Virus record (IMG/VR): IMGVR_UViG_3300046007_013272
Length of the DNA stretch: 64,000 nucleotides
Reading direction: 5' to 3' (one strand)
DNA from: an uncultured virus (IMG/VR IMGVR_UViG_3300046007_013272)
Lineage: Duplodnaviria; Heunggongvirae; Uroviricota; Caudoviricetes
The notes under the pieces are model-generated. The model was not told where the DNA came from, did no database searches, and was given only the letters and a program-made list of their open reading frames with translations. Positions 1 to 10,000 of this stretch are shown one piece after another. Position numbers and translations under genes: made by a program. Each line of letters opens with the position of its first letter. The first letter of the stretch is position 1.

Positions 1-502
1 CTTTAGCCAGTTAACTGCTACTAACGGTGGTTACTACAACACTCAAGGCCAGTGGTTCCAAACCCTTGGTACTAAGATGCAGAAGTTATCTAACAAGATT
101 CACCAGTTAACTCTTCGTGGTGGTGCAAACTTCTTAGTATGTTCTCCAACTGTAGCTACAGTTCTTGAATCTATCCCTGGATATGCTTCAAATTCTGACG
201 GTGATGTATCTAAAATGACTTACGCCTTTGGTGTACAGAAAGCAGGTGCTATCAACAACAGATACACTGTATACAAGAACCCATACATGAATGAAAACAC
301 AATTCTTATGGGCTTCCGTGGTACTCAATTCTTGGAAGCTGGTGCTGTATTCGCTCCTTACATTCCATTAATCATGACTCCTCTTATCTACGATCCAGAA
401 ACCTTCACTCCAAGAAAAGGTCTCTTGACTCGCTACGCTAAGAAGATGTTACGTCCTGAATTCTATGGTAAGATCTACGTTTCTGGTTTAACCAGCTTCT
501 AA
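1..502 (+). CDS. Major capsid protein (T4 gp23-like), C-terminal part; begins upstream of the window
   Basis: Frame is open from base 2 (FSQLTATNGG...). Motifs TLRGGANFLVCSP, GAVFAPYIPL and FTPRKGLLTRYA are typical of the gp23 C-terminus. Confidence 0.9.
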   Translation, partial: FSQLTATNGGYYNTQGQWFQTLGTKMQKLSNKIHQLTLRGGANFLVCSPTVATVLESIPGYASNSDGDVSKMTYAFGVQKAGAINNRYTVYKNPYMNENTILMGFRGTQFLEAGAVFAPYIPLIMTPLIYDPETFTPRKGLLTRYAKKMLRPEFYGKIYVSGLTSF

Positions 503-522
503 TCTAACCTAGAATAGAAATG

Positions 523-552
523 GAGAGCCCCGCGAAAGCGGGGCTTTCTTAT
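523..552 (+). terminator. Intrinsic terminator after the capsid gene
   Basis: GAGAGCCCCGC-GAAA-GCGGGGCTTTC hairpin followed by a T-rich tract. Confidence 0.85.
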
Positions 553-576
553 TTCATTTTACAATATTTATATTAT

Positions 577-822
577 ATGAATATTTTTGAAGAAATATTA
601 TGGCCACAATTTGTTCAATTTGAACATATAAAAAAATTACCTTTAAATGAACAGGTAAAATATTATAATCAATATTTATATGAATTAACTATTGCTCGAC
701 AAAATTGGATTACGTATCAAAATAAAGGAGATGTTGATTTAACCGAAGATGAAAATTTCTTGCTTCAAGAAAATTTATTTTATATTTTACAAGAAGATAA
801 TTCCAAAATAATAATAACTTAA
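577..822 (+). CDS. Small hypothetical protein, possibly virion-associated
   Basis: ATG 577 follows a TATTTATA motif, whereas the track start at 520 overlaps the terminator. C-terminal LLQEN..ILQED motif. Confidence 0.55.
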   Translation: MNIFEEILWPQFVQFEHIKKLPLNEQVKYYNQYLYELTIARQNWITYQNKGDVDLTEDENFLLQENLFYILQEDNSKIIIT

Positions 823-824
823 TT

Positions 825-1640
825 ATGCCTAATTTACCTATATCTCAATTACCTGTAGCTGGTCCTTTAGTAGGAGATGAATTATTTGTTGTAGTTCAAG
901 ATAGTGTCACAAAACAAGTAGAATATTCACAATTTCTTTCCGGAACATCAGGTACTAGTGGAACCTCAGGTACATCAGGTAGTGGTACTTCTGGTTCTTC
1001 GGGTACTTCAGGAGTTGCAGGCACTTCAGGTACATCAGGTATAAATGGTACTTCAGGAACATCGGGTATTTCAGGGACGTCCGGTTCAAGTGGTACTAGT
1101 GGAACTTCAGGAAGTGGAACATCTGGTTCTTCAGGTTCTTCAGGAACATCAGGTTCTAGTGGAACTTCAGGTGGTAGTGGGGTTACTAATTATTATCTAT
1201 CAGCGTATCATACAGCATCTATATCTTTATCAGTAACTAATACAGTTTATTCAATGTCTTATAGTACCACAGACTTTGCTAGTGGTATTAGTATTAGTGG
1301 CTCAGATAAAACCCAAATTAAAATAGCTAATACTGGAATCTATGATCTTCAATTTTCAGCTCAATTAAGTAAAACTAATAATAGTAATAATACAGTTTAT
1401 ATTTGGTTAGCAAAAAATGGAAATAATGTTGATGATAGTAATACAGGAGTTACTTTAGGAGGTGGATCTAATGATTCCTCTGTAGCTGCATGGAATTTTT
1501 ATCTCTCAGCTTCAGCAGGAGATTATTATGAATTAAGAATGGCAGGCACTGATAATAATGCTGTTGTTCTATATAATGGAACCCCTACTTTAGGACCTGC
1601 TGTTCCTTCAGTTATATTAACTGTTGGTAGAATAGGATAA
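825..1640 (+). CDS. Short Gly/Ser/Thr-repeat fibre or decoration protein with a C-terminal beta-rich (BclA/C1q-like) head
   Basis: N-terminal MPNLPISQLP, about 80 aa of (SGT/SGS)n, then a beta-strand-rich domain (GIYDLQFSAQL, GDYYELRM). Confidence 0.6.
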   Translation: MPNLPISQLPVAGPLVGDELFVVVQDSVTKQVEYSQFLSGTSGTSGTSGTSGSGTSGSSGTSGVAGTSGTSGINGTSGTSGISGTSGSSGTSGTSGSGTSGSSGSSGTSGSSGTSGGSGVTNYYLSAYHTASISLSVTNTVYSMSYSTTDFASGISISGSDKTQIKIANTGIYDLQFSAQLSKTNNSNNTVYIWLAKNGNNVDDSNTGVTLGGGSNDSSVAAWNFYLSASAGDYYELRMAGTDNNAVVLYNGTPTLGPAVPSVILTVGRIG

Positions 1641-1658
1641 AAATTTAATATTTGTAAA

Positions 1659-1688
1659 GAAGGGCCTAGAATTTTCTAGGCCTTTTTC
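1659..1688 (+). terminator. Intrinsic terminator
   Basis: AAGGGCCTAGAA-TT-TTCTAGGCCTTT hairpin with T tract. Confidence 0.7.
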
Positions 1689-1751
1689 TACTCTAAGTAC
1701 CCTTACTATATTTATAGGGGAACTAAGTAAGTATAACTTAAAAGTATTATA

Positions 1752-2666
1752 ATGAAAGAAACTCCCTCGCAATTGCAGGTACCAAGTTATGTAATGAATT
1801 TCCCGTTTACGCTCGATACCTCGAATCCAAACAATGTTTGGATGCAAGAACTAGAAGCTGAAGATTTAAAAATCAATAGAGGTAAAGCTTACAAGCAATT
1901 TTTAGACTTGTATAATTTTATGTCCGGTGCTTCTTTAACCTATCTTTTACCAAGCGCTGGTAACTTCCAGGATCAAGTATATGTAGCTAATTTAGGCATT
2001 TATTTACCCCACATTAAAGATTCAAACAATATAGTCTTATCTAACTTTACCTCAGAACCAAGACAAGGTGAAGAGAAAGTAGGTAAACCATTTTTTGATT
2101 TAATGGGTTACAATACTCACATGTGTCCTCATAAATGGGAAGGCGAGGCAGATTTAAAATACTTACACGATAATATCTACATTGGTGGTTACGGAATTCG
2201 TTCAGATATCAAAACATATGAGTGGATGGCTGAACAATTTAATATGAACATTATCCCCGTTAAAATGGTAGATGAATATCTATATCACTTAGATTGTTCT
2301 ATTTTCCCATTATCTAAAGATAAAACTTTAGTTTGTACTGAACTCTTTACTCCTAAAGAAATTAAAGCTATGGAATCTGTAACTGAGGTCATTGATATTG
2401 ATATTGATGACGCATATGGTGGTATTACAAACGCTGTAAGATTAGGAAATATGGTTCTCGCAGCATCTAACATTTCTGAATTAAAGCGTACAGACGAATT
2501 GTATGATGGTGAAAAACATAAGATTGAATCACTAGAAAAAATTTGTGCTAACGAGGGAATGGAGCCTATTATATTCAATATCTCAGAATATATGAAATCA
2601 GGTGCTCTTCTTTCATGTATGGTAATGCACCTTAACTACGTAGATTACACTAAAAGTTTAGTTTAA
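1752..2666 (+). CDS. Pentein-fold amidinotransferase/amidinohydrolase (DDAH / arginine dihydrolase-like)
   Basis: Motifs DQVYVAN, R.GE, WEGEAD, YHLDC and C-terminal GALLSCM with catalytic-type Cys. Confidence 0.8.
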   Translation: MKETPSQLQVPSYVMNFPFTLDTSNPNNVWMQELEAEDLKINRGKAYKQFLDLYNFMSGASLTYLLPSAGNFQDQVYVANLGIYLPHIKDSNNIVLSNFTSEPRQGEEKVGKPFFDLMGYNTHMCPHKWEGEADLKYLHDNIYIGGYGIRSDIKTYEWMAEQFNMNIIPVKMVDEYLYHLDCSIFPLSKDKTLVCTELFTPKEIKAMESVTEVIDIDIDDAYGGITNAVRLGNMVLAASNISELKRTDELYDGEKHKIESLEKICANEGMEPIIFNISEYMKSGALLSCMVMHLNYVDYTKSLV

Positions 2667-3400
2667 TGGCCCAATATTTAGAAGATTGGTTAGATGGTGA
2701 AGTAGAAGAACTATCTAAACTACCTATCGGAGAATTATCAAATGTATTCTTCTTTAGAGACCCGTTACGTCCTAACTATATAGATTTTGAACATTTTTAT
2801 AGTCCTGCTGATGGTACAATTCTTTACCAAAAATTTATTACAGACCCATCAGAGCCTGTAGTTGAAATTAAAGGTATGAACTACACACTTCAGGATGTTA
2901 TAGGTGATAAAGATTATAACGTACCTAGTTTAGTTATAGGCATTTTTATGTCGTTCTACGACGTTCACATTAATCGCATACCATATGGGGGAGTATTAAC
3001 GTATAAGCCGTTAGACCCAATTGAAAGCACAAATAAACCCATGTTAGCGGTTGAAAAAGACATTCTTAATGCTGCAATTAATCCTAATAATATGGATTAT
3101 TTAAAGTTTAATGAAAGAATGTACAACAAAATTTATGTTCCATCTTTAGATTATTCATATCATTTAGTACAAATCGCAGATGAGGATGTAAATGTTATAG
3201 CTCCTTTTACAAACAAACAATATGATGTGTTTGCCCAAAATGAAAGATTCTCATTAATTAGATGGGGGTCTCAAGTTGATTTAGTTCTACCTTTGGATGA
3301 ACGTTTTGACTTTGAATTAGTTTTAGAAGATACAATGCACGTAAATGCTGGTTTAGATAAGCTAGTAAAAATAAATTTTAAAAATGGATACAACATCTAA
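2666..3400 (+). CDS. Phosphatidylserine decarboxylase-family pyruvoyl enzyme
   Basis: FFFRDP, SPADG, IFMS..DVHINR.P and RWGSQVD (Gly-Ser autocleavage site). No N-terminal membrane anchor is visible. Confidence 0.8.
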   Translation: MAQYLEDWLDGEVEELSKLPIGELSNVFFFRDPLRPNYIDFEHFYSPADGTILYQKFITDPSEPVVEIKGMNYTLQDVIGDKDYNVPSLVIGIFMSFYDVHINRIPYGGVLTYKPLDPIESTNKPMLAVEKDILNAAINPNNMDYLKFNERMYNKIYVPSLDYSYHLVQIADEDVNVIAPFTNKQYDVFAQNERFSLIRWGSQVDLVLPLDERFDFELVLEDTMHVNAGLDKLVKINFKNGYNI

Positions 3401-4106
3401 CGAAGATATTTTCAAAGAAAAACGTAAACCAAAAAACCCAATAAAATTTAAAATAGAATTAAACCAAGAACAAAAAGAAGCTAAAGCAAAAATACTTCAA
3501 AGTACAGTTACATTATTAGCTGGAGCAGCCGGTTCAGGTAAAACATTGTTAGCGTGTCAAATTGCCCTCGAAAAATTATTTATGAGAGAGGTAGATAAAA
3601 TTATCATTACACGTCCAACAGTTTCAAAAGAAGAAATAGGTTTTCTACCAGGAGATCTAAGAGAAAAGATGGATCCCTGGATTCAACCAATTTACCAAAA
3701 CATGTATGCCTTATATGATAAAACCAAAGTCGAAAAACTTATCGAAGATGGATCTCTTGAAATTGTACCCTTATCTTTTATGCGCGGTAGGACTTTTCTT
3801 GATAGTGTTGTTATTGTAGACGAAGCTCAAAACGTTACCCACGAGCAAATGGAAATGATTGTAACCCGTATAGGTTTACGATCTAAAATGATTATCTGTG
3901 GTGACGATATTCAAGTAGACCTTAAAAACAAAAAAGATTCTGGGTTTAGATTCTTATATAAAGGAGCTAGAAAAATTAAAAATTTAGAGGCTATTACTTT
4001 AAAGCAAAACCATAGAGATCCTATTGTTGGGGATTTAATTAATTACTATGAAGAGGCTAAAGAAATAGGTGTACAATTAGGTACATCAGGAACTTCAAGA
4101 AAATAG
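3384..4106 (+). CDS. phoH: PhoH-family ATPase
   Basis: GAAGSGKT, IGFLPG, FMRGRTF, DEAQN, GD..Q.D. Confidence 0.95.
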   Translation: MDTTSNEDIFKEKRKPKNPIKFKIELNQEQKEAKAKILQSTVTLLAGAAGSGKTLLACQIALEKLFMREVDKIIITRPTVSKEEIGFLPGDLREKMDPWIQPIYQNMYALYDKTKVEKLIEDGSLEIVPLSFMRGRTFLDSVVIVDEAQNVTHEQMEMIVTRIGLRSKMIICGDDIQVDLKNKKDSGFRFLYKGARKIKNLEAITLKQNHRDPIVGDLINYYEEAKEIGVQLGTSGTSRK

Positions 4107-4148
4107 TTTGATTTATTGTCTTTTTGATATTTATAACAAAAAGGCAGA

Positions 4149-5369
4149 ATGAATATCCCTATATATAGTGGCTCCTCAAATTTCACAGAATCTTTAAATT
4201 TATACACTTCACAATCGAATGTGTATCCTTCTCCTACCCCTTTTGGGTTTTATGATAATGATGTACAATTCCAAAATGATGCAAATAGTGTCACAAACTT
4301 CTGTGCTAGAAGATTAGGATGGCCTATTGAAAACGTAGAATTACAAGATTTAAACTTTTGGACTGCTTTTGAAATGGCGGTTACAGTTTATGGTAATGAA
4401 CTTTATGCTTATTTAGTTAGAGAGAATCTTGTAAACTTCGAGGGAATGACCCTAGAAGAAGCACCAGATACTTTTCAAAATGCTAGTATTACCCCAAACT
4501 ATAGTAATATTATTAGAGTTTCAGAACAATATGGTGCTGAAGCCGGAACCGGGGGTAATGTAACTTGGTATAGCGGATCTGTTATTTTAACAGGTAGTGT
4601 ACAAGAATATGATTTAAATCAATGGGCTGAAGATCGAGGTATTTCTGGTAGTGAGCTTGAAATTAAAAGAGTTTTTTATCAAGGTGTACCTGCATCTGCA
4701 GACTATTACTACGGAGGTGGTATTGGTTTAGGTGCCGGTTGGGGCTCTTTCTTTGGTGGTTTAGGTGGTGTGGCTGGTTATGGAGCCGGTACAAATTTCT
4801 TTGTAACACCTTTATCATACAACGTAGCAGCAATCCAAGAAGTAGAACTTGGAAACGATATTTTATTCTCAGCTTATAGCTTTGAACTTATAAATAATAA
4901 ACTTAAAGTATTCCCAGTACCTACTCCAGCAGATGATGGAGTAAATTTCTGGTTTGAATATATTATTAAGAGTGAAAGATATTTAGACTCTATACAAACT
5001 GGTAGTGGAGCATCAGGTTCAGGATATATTACAAATGTATCTAACATGCCTTACAATAACCCAGTTTATTCTCAAATAAATTCTATAGGTCGTTCTTGGA
5101 TATTTGAATATACTTTAGCTCAAGCTAAAGAAATGTTGGGATATGTAAGAAATAAATATTCCCAAATCCCTATCCCAGGAGCAGCTGTAACACTTAATGG
5201 TGGTGATTTAATTGCTGCTGCTAAAGACGAAAAAGATAAATTAATAGCTCGTTTAAGAGAATATTTTGATGAAACTTCTCGTAAAGCACGTCTTGAAAGA
5301 AGAAAAGATGAAGCAGAATTCGCTAAATCAGAATTAAATAATGTTCCAATGACAATTTATATAGGATAA
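4149..5369 (+). CDS. Neck/head-completion protein (T4 gp13-like)
   Basis: RRLGWP...VEL near the N-terminus, C-terminal KY..IPIPGAAVTLNG, and position in the morphogenesis block. Confidence 0.7.
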   Translation: MNIPIYSGSSNFTESLNLYTSQSNVYPSPTPFGFYDNDVQFQNDANSVTNFCARRLGWPIENVELQDLNFWTAFEMAVTVYGNELYAYLVRENLVNFEGMTLEEAPDTFQNASITPNYSNIIRVSEQYGAEAGTGGNVTWYSGSVILTGSVQEYDLNQWAEDRGISGSELEIKRVFYQGVPASADYYYGGGIGLGAGWGSFFGGLGGVAGYGAGTNFFVTPLSYNVAAIQEVELGNDILFSAYSFELINNKLKVFPVPTPADDGVNFWFEYIIKSERYLDSIQTGSGASGSGYITNVSNMPYNNPVYSQINSIGRSWIFEYTLAQAKEMLGYVRNKYSQIPIPGAAVTLNGGDLIAAAKDEKDKLIARLREYFDETSRKARLERRKDEAEFAKSELNNVPMTIYIG

Positions 5370-5932
5370 TGGCTTTATTTGGAGAAAAAAGAGATATAAG
5401 TATGTTTAGACACATCAACCGAGAGTTGATGGGTAATATTATATCTCAACAAGCAGCTTTTTACAAATATAGACCTAGCCAAACTAATTCAAACATTTAT
5501 GGCGAAGCTTCTCAAGAAAAATTTTATATAGGTCCTGTATTATTATATTGTATTATTGATATACCTGAATCACAAAATCCTGTTAGTGATTTTGGTGTGG
5601 ACTTTTCTTGGAAACCTATCTTCCAATTTTTAAGAGATGATTTACTTGAAAAATTTTATGATTTTAACAGAAATTACGATTTTGGAAACATCTATGGAGC
5701 TAATTATGTACCTCAACCAGGTGACATAATTTATTATCAAAATTCATATTATGAAGTAGATAGAGCTTGGGAAACTCAATATTTCTTAGGTAAAAACCCA
5801 GACTATCCAAATGACACCCAACCCCCAGGATTTAATCCTGGTTTAGGAAATTTTGGATATAACGTAGCTGTAGCTTGTCAAACTCACTATGTACCGGCTG
5901 ATAAAGTAAGTATAACTTTAGAAAGAATGTAA
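5369..5932 (+). CDS. Neck protein (T4 gp14-like head closure)
   Basis: Synteny after the gp13-like gene; NIYGE, DFGVD and PQPGDIIY motifs. Confidence 0.55.
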   Translation: MALFGEKRDISMFRHINRELMGNIISQQAAFYKYRPSQTNSNIYGEASQEKFYIGPVLLYCIIDIPESQNPVSDFGVDFSWKPIFQFLRDDLLEKFYDFNRNYDFGNIYGANYVPQPGDIIYYQNSYYEVDRAWETQYFLGKNPDYPNDTQPPGFNPGLGNFGYNVAVACQTHYVPADKVSITLERM

Positions 5933-6963
5933 TGCCCGAAAGTAGAAAACCTATTCCAAAAACACAACAGCAACTTAGCAATGAGTATGCAGGGCAAAAT
6001 GCTATTTTAGGTGATCCTAATTTAGCAAATCCTAATTTTAACGGGCCTAACAGATCACTTCAACAAAGTTGGGAAGGTGATACTGTAAAACCATTTACTG
6101 TAGGTTTACAAGATATAGATGAATCTATTCTTTATTATTTCCAAAATGTAATTAAACCTTACGTAATACAAAATGGTAACAGAATTGAAGTTCCTGTAAT
6201 ATATGGTTCTCCTGAAAAATGGAAATCAATGTTAAAAGATGGGTATTTAAAGGATAAAAATGGTGCTATTATGGCACCTATGGTAATGTTTAAAAGAAAT
6301 AACATTATTAAAAATAGAAGTATAGCTAATAAATTAGATGCAAATTATCCTAATTTATATGCTGTAATGAAGAAAAAATATGATACACGAAATTTTTATT
6401 CAAATTTTGGTGTGTTAAATAATAGAATTCCTGAACAACAATTTTATGCTGTTACAGTTCCTGATTATGTAACTGTTAACTACTCTTGTGTAGTTTATAC
6501 TTATTACATGGAACAATTAAATAAAATTGTTGAAGCCATGGAATACGCTTCAGACTCATACTGGGGTAATCCTTCAAGATATCAGTTTCAAGCTCGTATT
6601 GATCAATTCAATACAACTACTGAAATTAAAGAAAATGACGAAAGAGTAATTCGTGCTTCTTTTGATATTAAACTTTATGGATATCTAATCCCAGACACAG
6701 TACAAAAAGACTTAGCTTCTTTAAAGAAATTTAATAATAAGTGTAAGTTAATTTTTTCTCTTGAAACTGATGTTTCACCATTTGAATTATTACCTAATGT
6801 GGAAATTAGTGATAAAAATACAAATGAAATTTATGTTCCTGAAACAGCAGATAATGCTCAAGATCCAAGATTTAGATCTGCAAATGCACCATCTGATGAT
6901 CCTAATTTATCAACAATAAGAATAGAACCAAATACAAATAATTCTACAAATTTTGGTATTTAG
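5932..6963 (+). CDS. Tail terminator / sheath stabiliser (T4 gp15-like)
   Basis: IEVPVIYGSPEKW motif, VP.YV.VNY segment and synteny. Confidence 0.6.
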   Translation: MPESRKPIPKTQQQLSNEYAGQNAILGDPNLANPNFNGPNRSLQQSWEGDTVKPFTVGLQDIDESILYYFQNVIKPYVIQNGNRIEVPVIYGSPEKWKSMLKDGYLKDKNGAIMAPMVMFKRNNIIKNRSIANKLDANYPNLYAVMKKKYDTRNFYSNFGVLNNRIPEQQFYAVTVPDYVTVNYSCVVYTYYMEQLNKIVEAMEYASDSYWGNPSRYQFQARIDQFNTTTEIKENDERVIRASFDIKLYGYLIPDTVQKDLASLKKFNNKCKLIFSLETDVSPFELLPNVEISDKNTNEIYVPETADNAQDPRFRSANAPSDDPNLSTIRIEPNTNNSTNFGI

Positions 6964-7010
6964 AAAAAATAAAAAATATTTATTACATATATAATAATTG
7001 AAAGTATAAA

Positions 7011-10000
7011 ATGGCCAGTAACGCTAGATTTTTAGACCAAATATCAATTGGGAGTTTTCAGTCAACCGGTGGAGGAAGTGGCACAGATGGCACTTCAGGT
7101 ACTTCAGGTACTTCCGGTATAGGTGGAGCAGTTAATATTTACTACACAAGTTCATTAGTTGTATCAAATGTTGCAACATTAAACTTTACAGGTAGTGGGG
7201 TTTTTGTTGAAGCGTCTGGTTCAAATGGTGCTACTATTACAATTACTGGTACTGGTGGTGGTTCTGGTTCTTCAGGTTCTTCAGGTTCTTCAGGAACTTC
7301 AGGCACAAGTGGTACTTCAGGTACATCAGGTATAGGTTCTTCAGGTACTTCAGGTACAGATGGTTCATCTGGTACAAGTGGTACTTCAGGTATCGGTTCT
7401 TCAGGCACATCAGGTACTTCAGGTACAGATGGCACTTCAGGTACTTCAGGTGTAGGCACATCAGGTACCAGCGGCACATCTGGAACAGATGGTACTTCAG
7501 GTACATCAGGTACAGGCTCTTCAGGTACTTCAGGAACATCTGGTACAGATGGTTCTTCCGGTACTTCAGGTATCGGTTCTTCAGGCACATCAGGTACTTC
7601 AGGTACAGATGGTTCATCTGGTACTTCAGGTGTAGGTACATCAGGAACAAGTGGTACTTCAGGTACAGATGGTTCATCTGGCACTTCAGGCGTAGGCACA
7701 TCAGGTACAAGTGGTACTTCGGGTGCTGATGGTACTTCAGGTACTTCTGGTATTAATGGTACAAGTGGCACTTCTGGTACATCAGGTGAAGGAACTTCAG
7801 GAACAAGTGGTACCTCAGGTACTTCAGGCATAGGCTCTTCAGGATCATCTGGTACAAGTGGTACTTCAGGTGAAACTGGTACTAGCGGTACCTCAGGTAC
7901 TTCAGGAGCAGGTTCTGCTATTACAATTTCAGACGAAAATTTTGTCTTAACAACAAACGCTACACTAATTAACTTTACAGGATCAGGTGTAGTTGCAGAA
8001 ACTGGCAGTAATCCAGGAGAAGTTAACGTTACTATTGGTACTACAATTTATTATACGGGCTCACTCGTTGATACCAATATCGGTGCGTTCTACTTTACTG
8101 GTAGTGGTGTACAAGTTGAATCAACAGGATCAGGTACAGCAGTATTAGTAACTATTACAGGAGGCACTTCAGGAGACTCAGGATCTTCTGGTACTTCAGG
8201 CACAAGTGGTACTTCAGGTGAAACTGGTACTTCAGGTACATCAGGAGAATCAGGTACTAGTGGCACTTCAGGTACTGATGGTTCATCAGGAACTTCTGGC
8301 ACTTCTGGTATAGGTACTTCGGGTACATCAGGTACATCAGGAATTTCAGGTACATCCGGTACTTCAGGTGAGTCTGGTACTTCAGGTACCTCTGGAGAAT
8401 CTGGTACAAGTGGAACAAGTGGTGAATCTGGTACTTCAGGTACAAGTGGAATTTCAGGAACATCAGGCACATCAGGAGAATCAGGTACTAGTGGTACCTC
8501 AGGTACAGATGGTTCATCAGGAACTTCTGGGATTAATGGTACTTCGGGTACAAGTGGCACTTCAGGAGAAGCAGGTACTTCAGGTACATCAGGTATAGAT
8601 GGCACTTCTGGAACAAGTGGTTCAAGTGGAACTTCAGGTATAGGTACTTCAGGAACCTCAGGCACATCAGGATTATCAGGTGTAAATGGTACATCTGGAA
8701 CATCAGGCTCAAGTGGTGAATCCGGAACTTCAGGAACAAGTGGCACTTCAGGTACCGGTGGTACTTCTGGTACAAGTGGTACAGGTGGTACTTCAGGTAC
8801 CTCAGGTTCTTCAGGTTTAAGTGGTATAAATGGTACTTCGGGCACAAGCGGTACCTCAGGTACAGATGGTTCATCAGGAACATCAGGAACAGATGGTTCT
8901 TCAGGCACTTCTGGTACCTCTGGTACCTCTGGTACAGATGGTTCATCTGGTACAAGTGGAACAAGCGGATCTTCAGGTTTAAGTGGTATAAATGGTACTT
9001 CTGGAACTAGTGGTACAGATGGTACTTCAGGTACATCAGGTACAGATGGTTCAAGTGGTACTTCAGGTACAGGTGGTACTTCTGGTACAAGTGGTACAGA
9101 TGGCACTTCAGGTACTAGTGGTAGTTCAGGCCTTTCAGGAATTAATGGAACCTCTGGTACAAGTGGTACAGATGGTTCTTCAGGAACATCAGGTACAGAT
9201 GGCTCATCAGGCACAAGTGGTACAAGTGGTACAAGTGGTTCATCAGGAACTTCAGGTACTGATGGCTCAAGTGGCACTTCAGGTAGTTCTGGTTTGTCTG
9301 GTATAAACGGAACAAGCGGCACATCAGGAACTTCAGGAACAGATGGTTCATCTGGTACTTCAGGTACAGATGGTAGTTCAGGTATAAGCGGAACATCAGG
9401 CACATCTGGTACAGATGGTTCATCTGGTACAAGTGGCACTTCAGGCTCTTCAGGCCTTTCAGGTATAAACGGAACAAGTGGCACTTCAGGTACTGATGGC
9501 TCAAGTGGCACTTCAGGTACAGATGGTAGTTCAGGTACATCTGGTTCATCAGGAACTAGTGGTTCTTCTGGTACATCTGGTACAGATGGTTCAAGTGGTA
9601 CATCAGGTTCATCAGGTTTAAGCGGTATTAATGGAACCTCAGGTACAAGTGGTACCTCAGGTACTGATGGCTCAAGCGGTACTTCAGGTACAGACGGTTC
9701 TTCAGGTACTTCTGGCACAAGTGGTTCATCAGGCACATCTGGTACAGATGGTTCATCTGGCACTTCAGGCTCTTCAGGCCTTTCAGGTATAAACGGAACA
9801 AGCGGTACTTCTGGTACTTCAGGAACTGATGGCTCTTCGGGTACAAGCGGTGAATCAGGTACAAGCGGTTCTTCGGGTACTTCAGGTACAGACGGATCTT
9901 CAGGTACAAGCGGAACAAGTGGAAGTTCGGGATTAAGTGGTATTAATGGTACTTCAGGTACTAGTGGTTCATCAGGTACAAGTGGTACCGATGGTTCTTC

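Noticed and set aside
520..576. Track start sites at 520, 21663, 44129, 47588, 56683 and 58418
   Set aside because: They run through terminators, promoter motifs or upstream genes, or use weak starts. Downstream ATGs (577, 21699, 44168, 47612, 56731, 58445) fit better.
4078..4106. PhoH ends in GTSGTSRK, echoing the fibre repeat
   Set aside because: Only two triplets, too short to distinguish from chance
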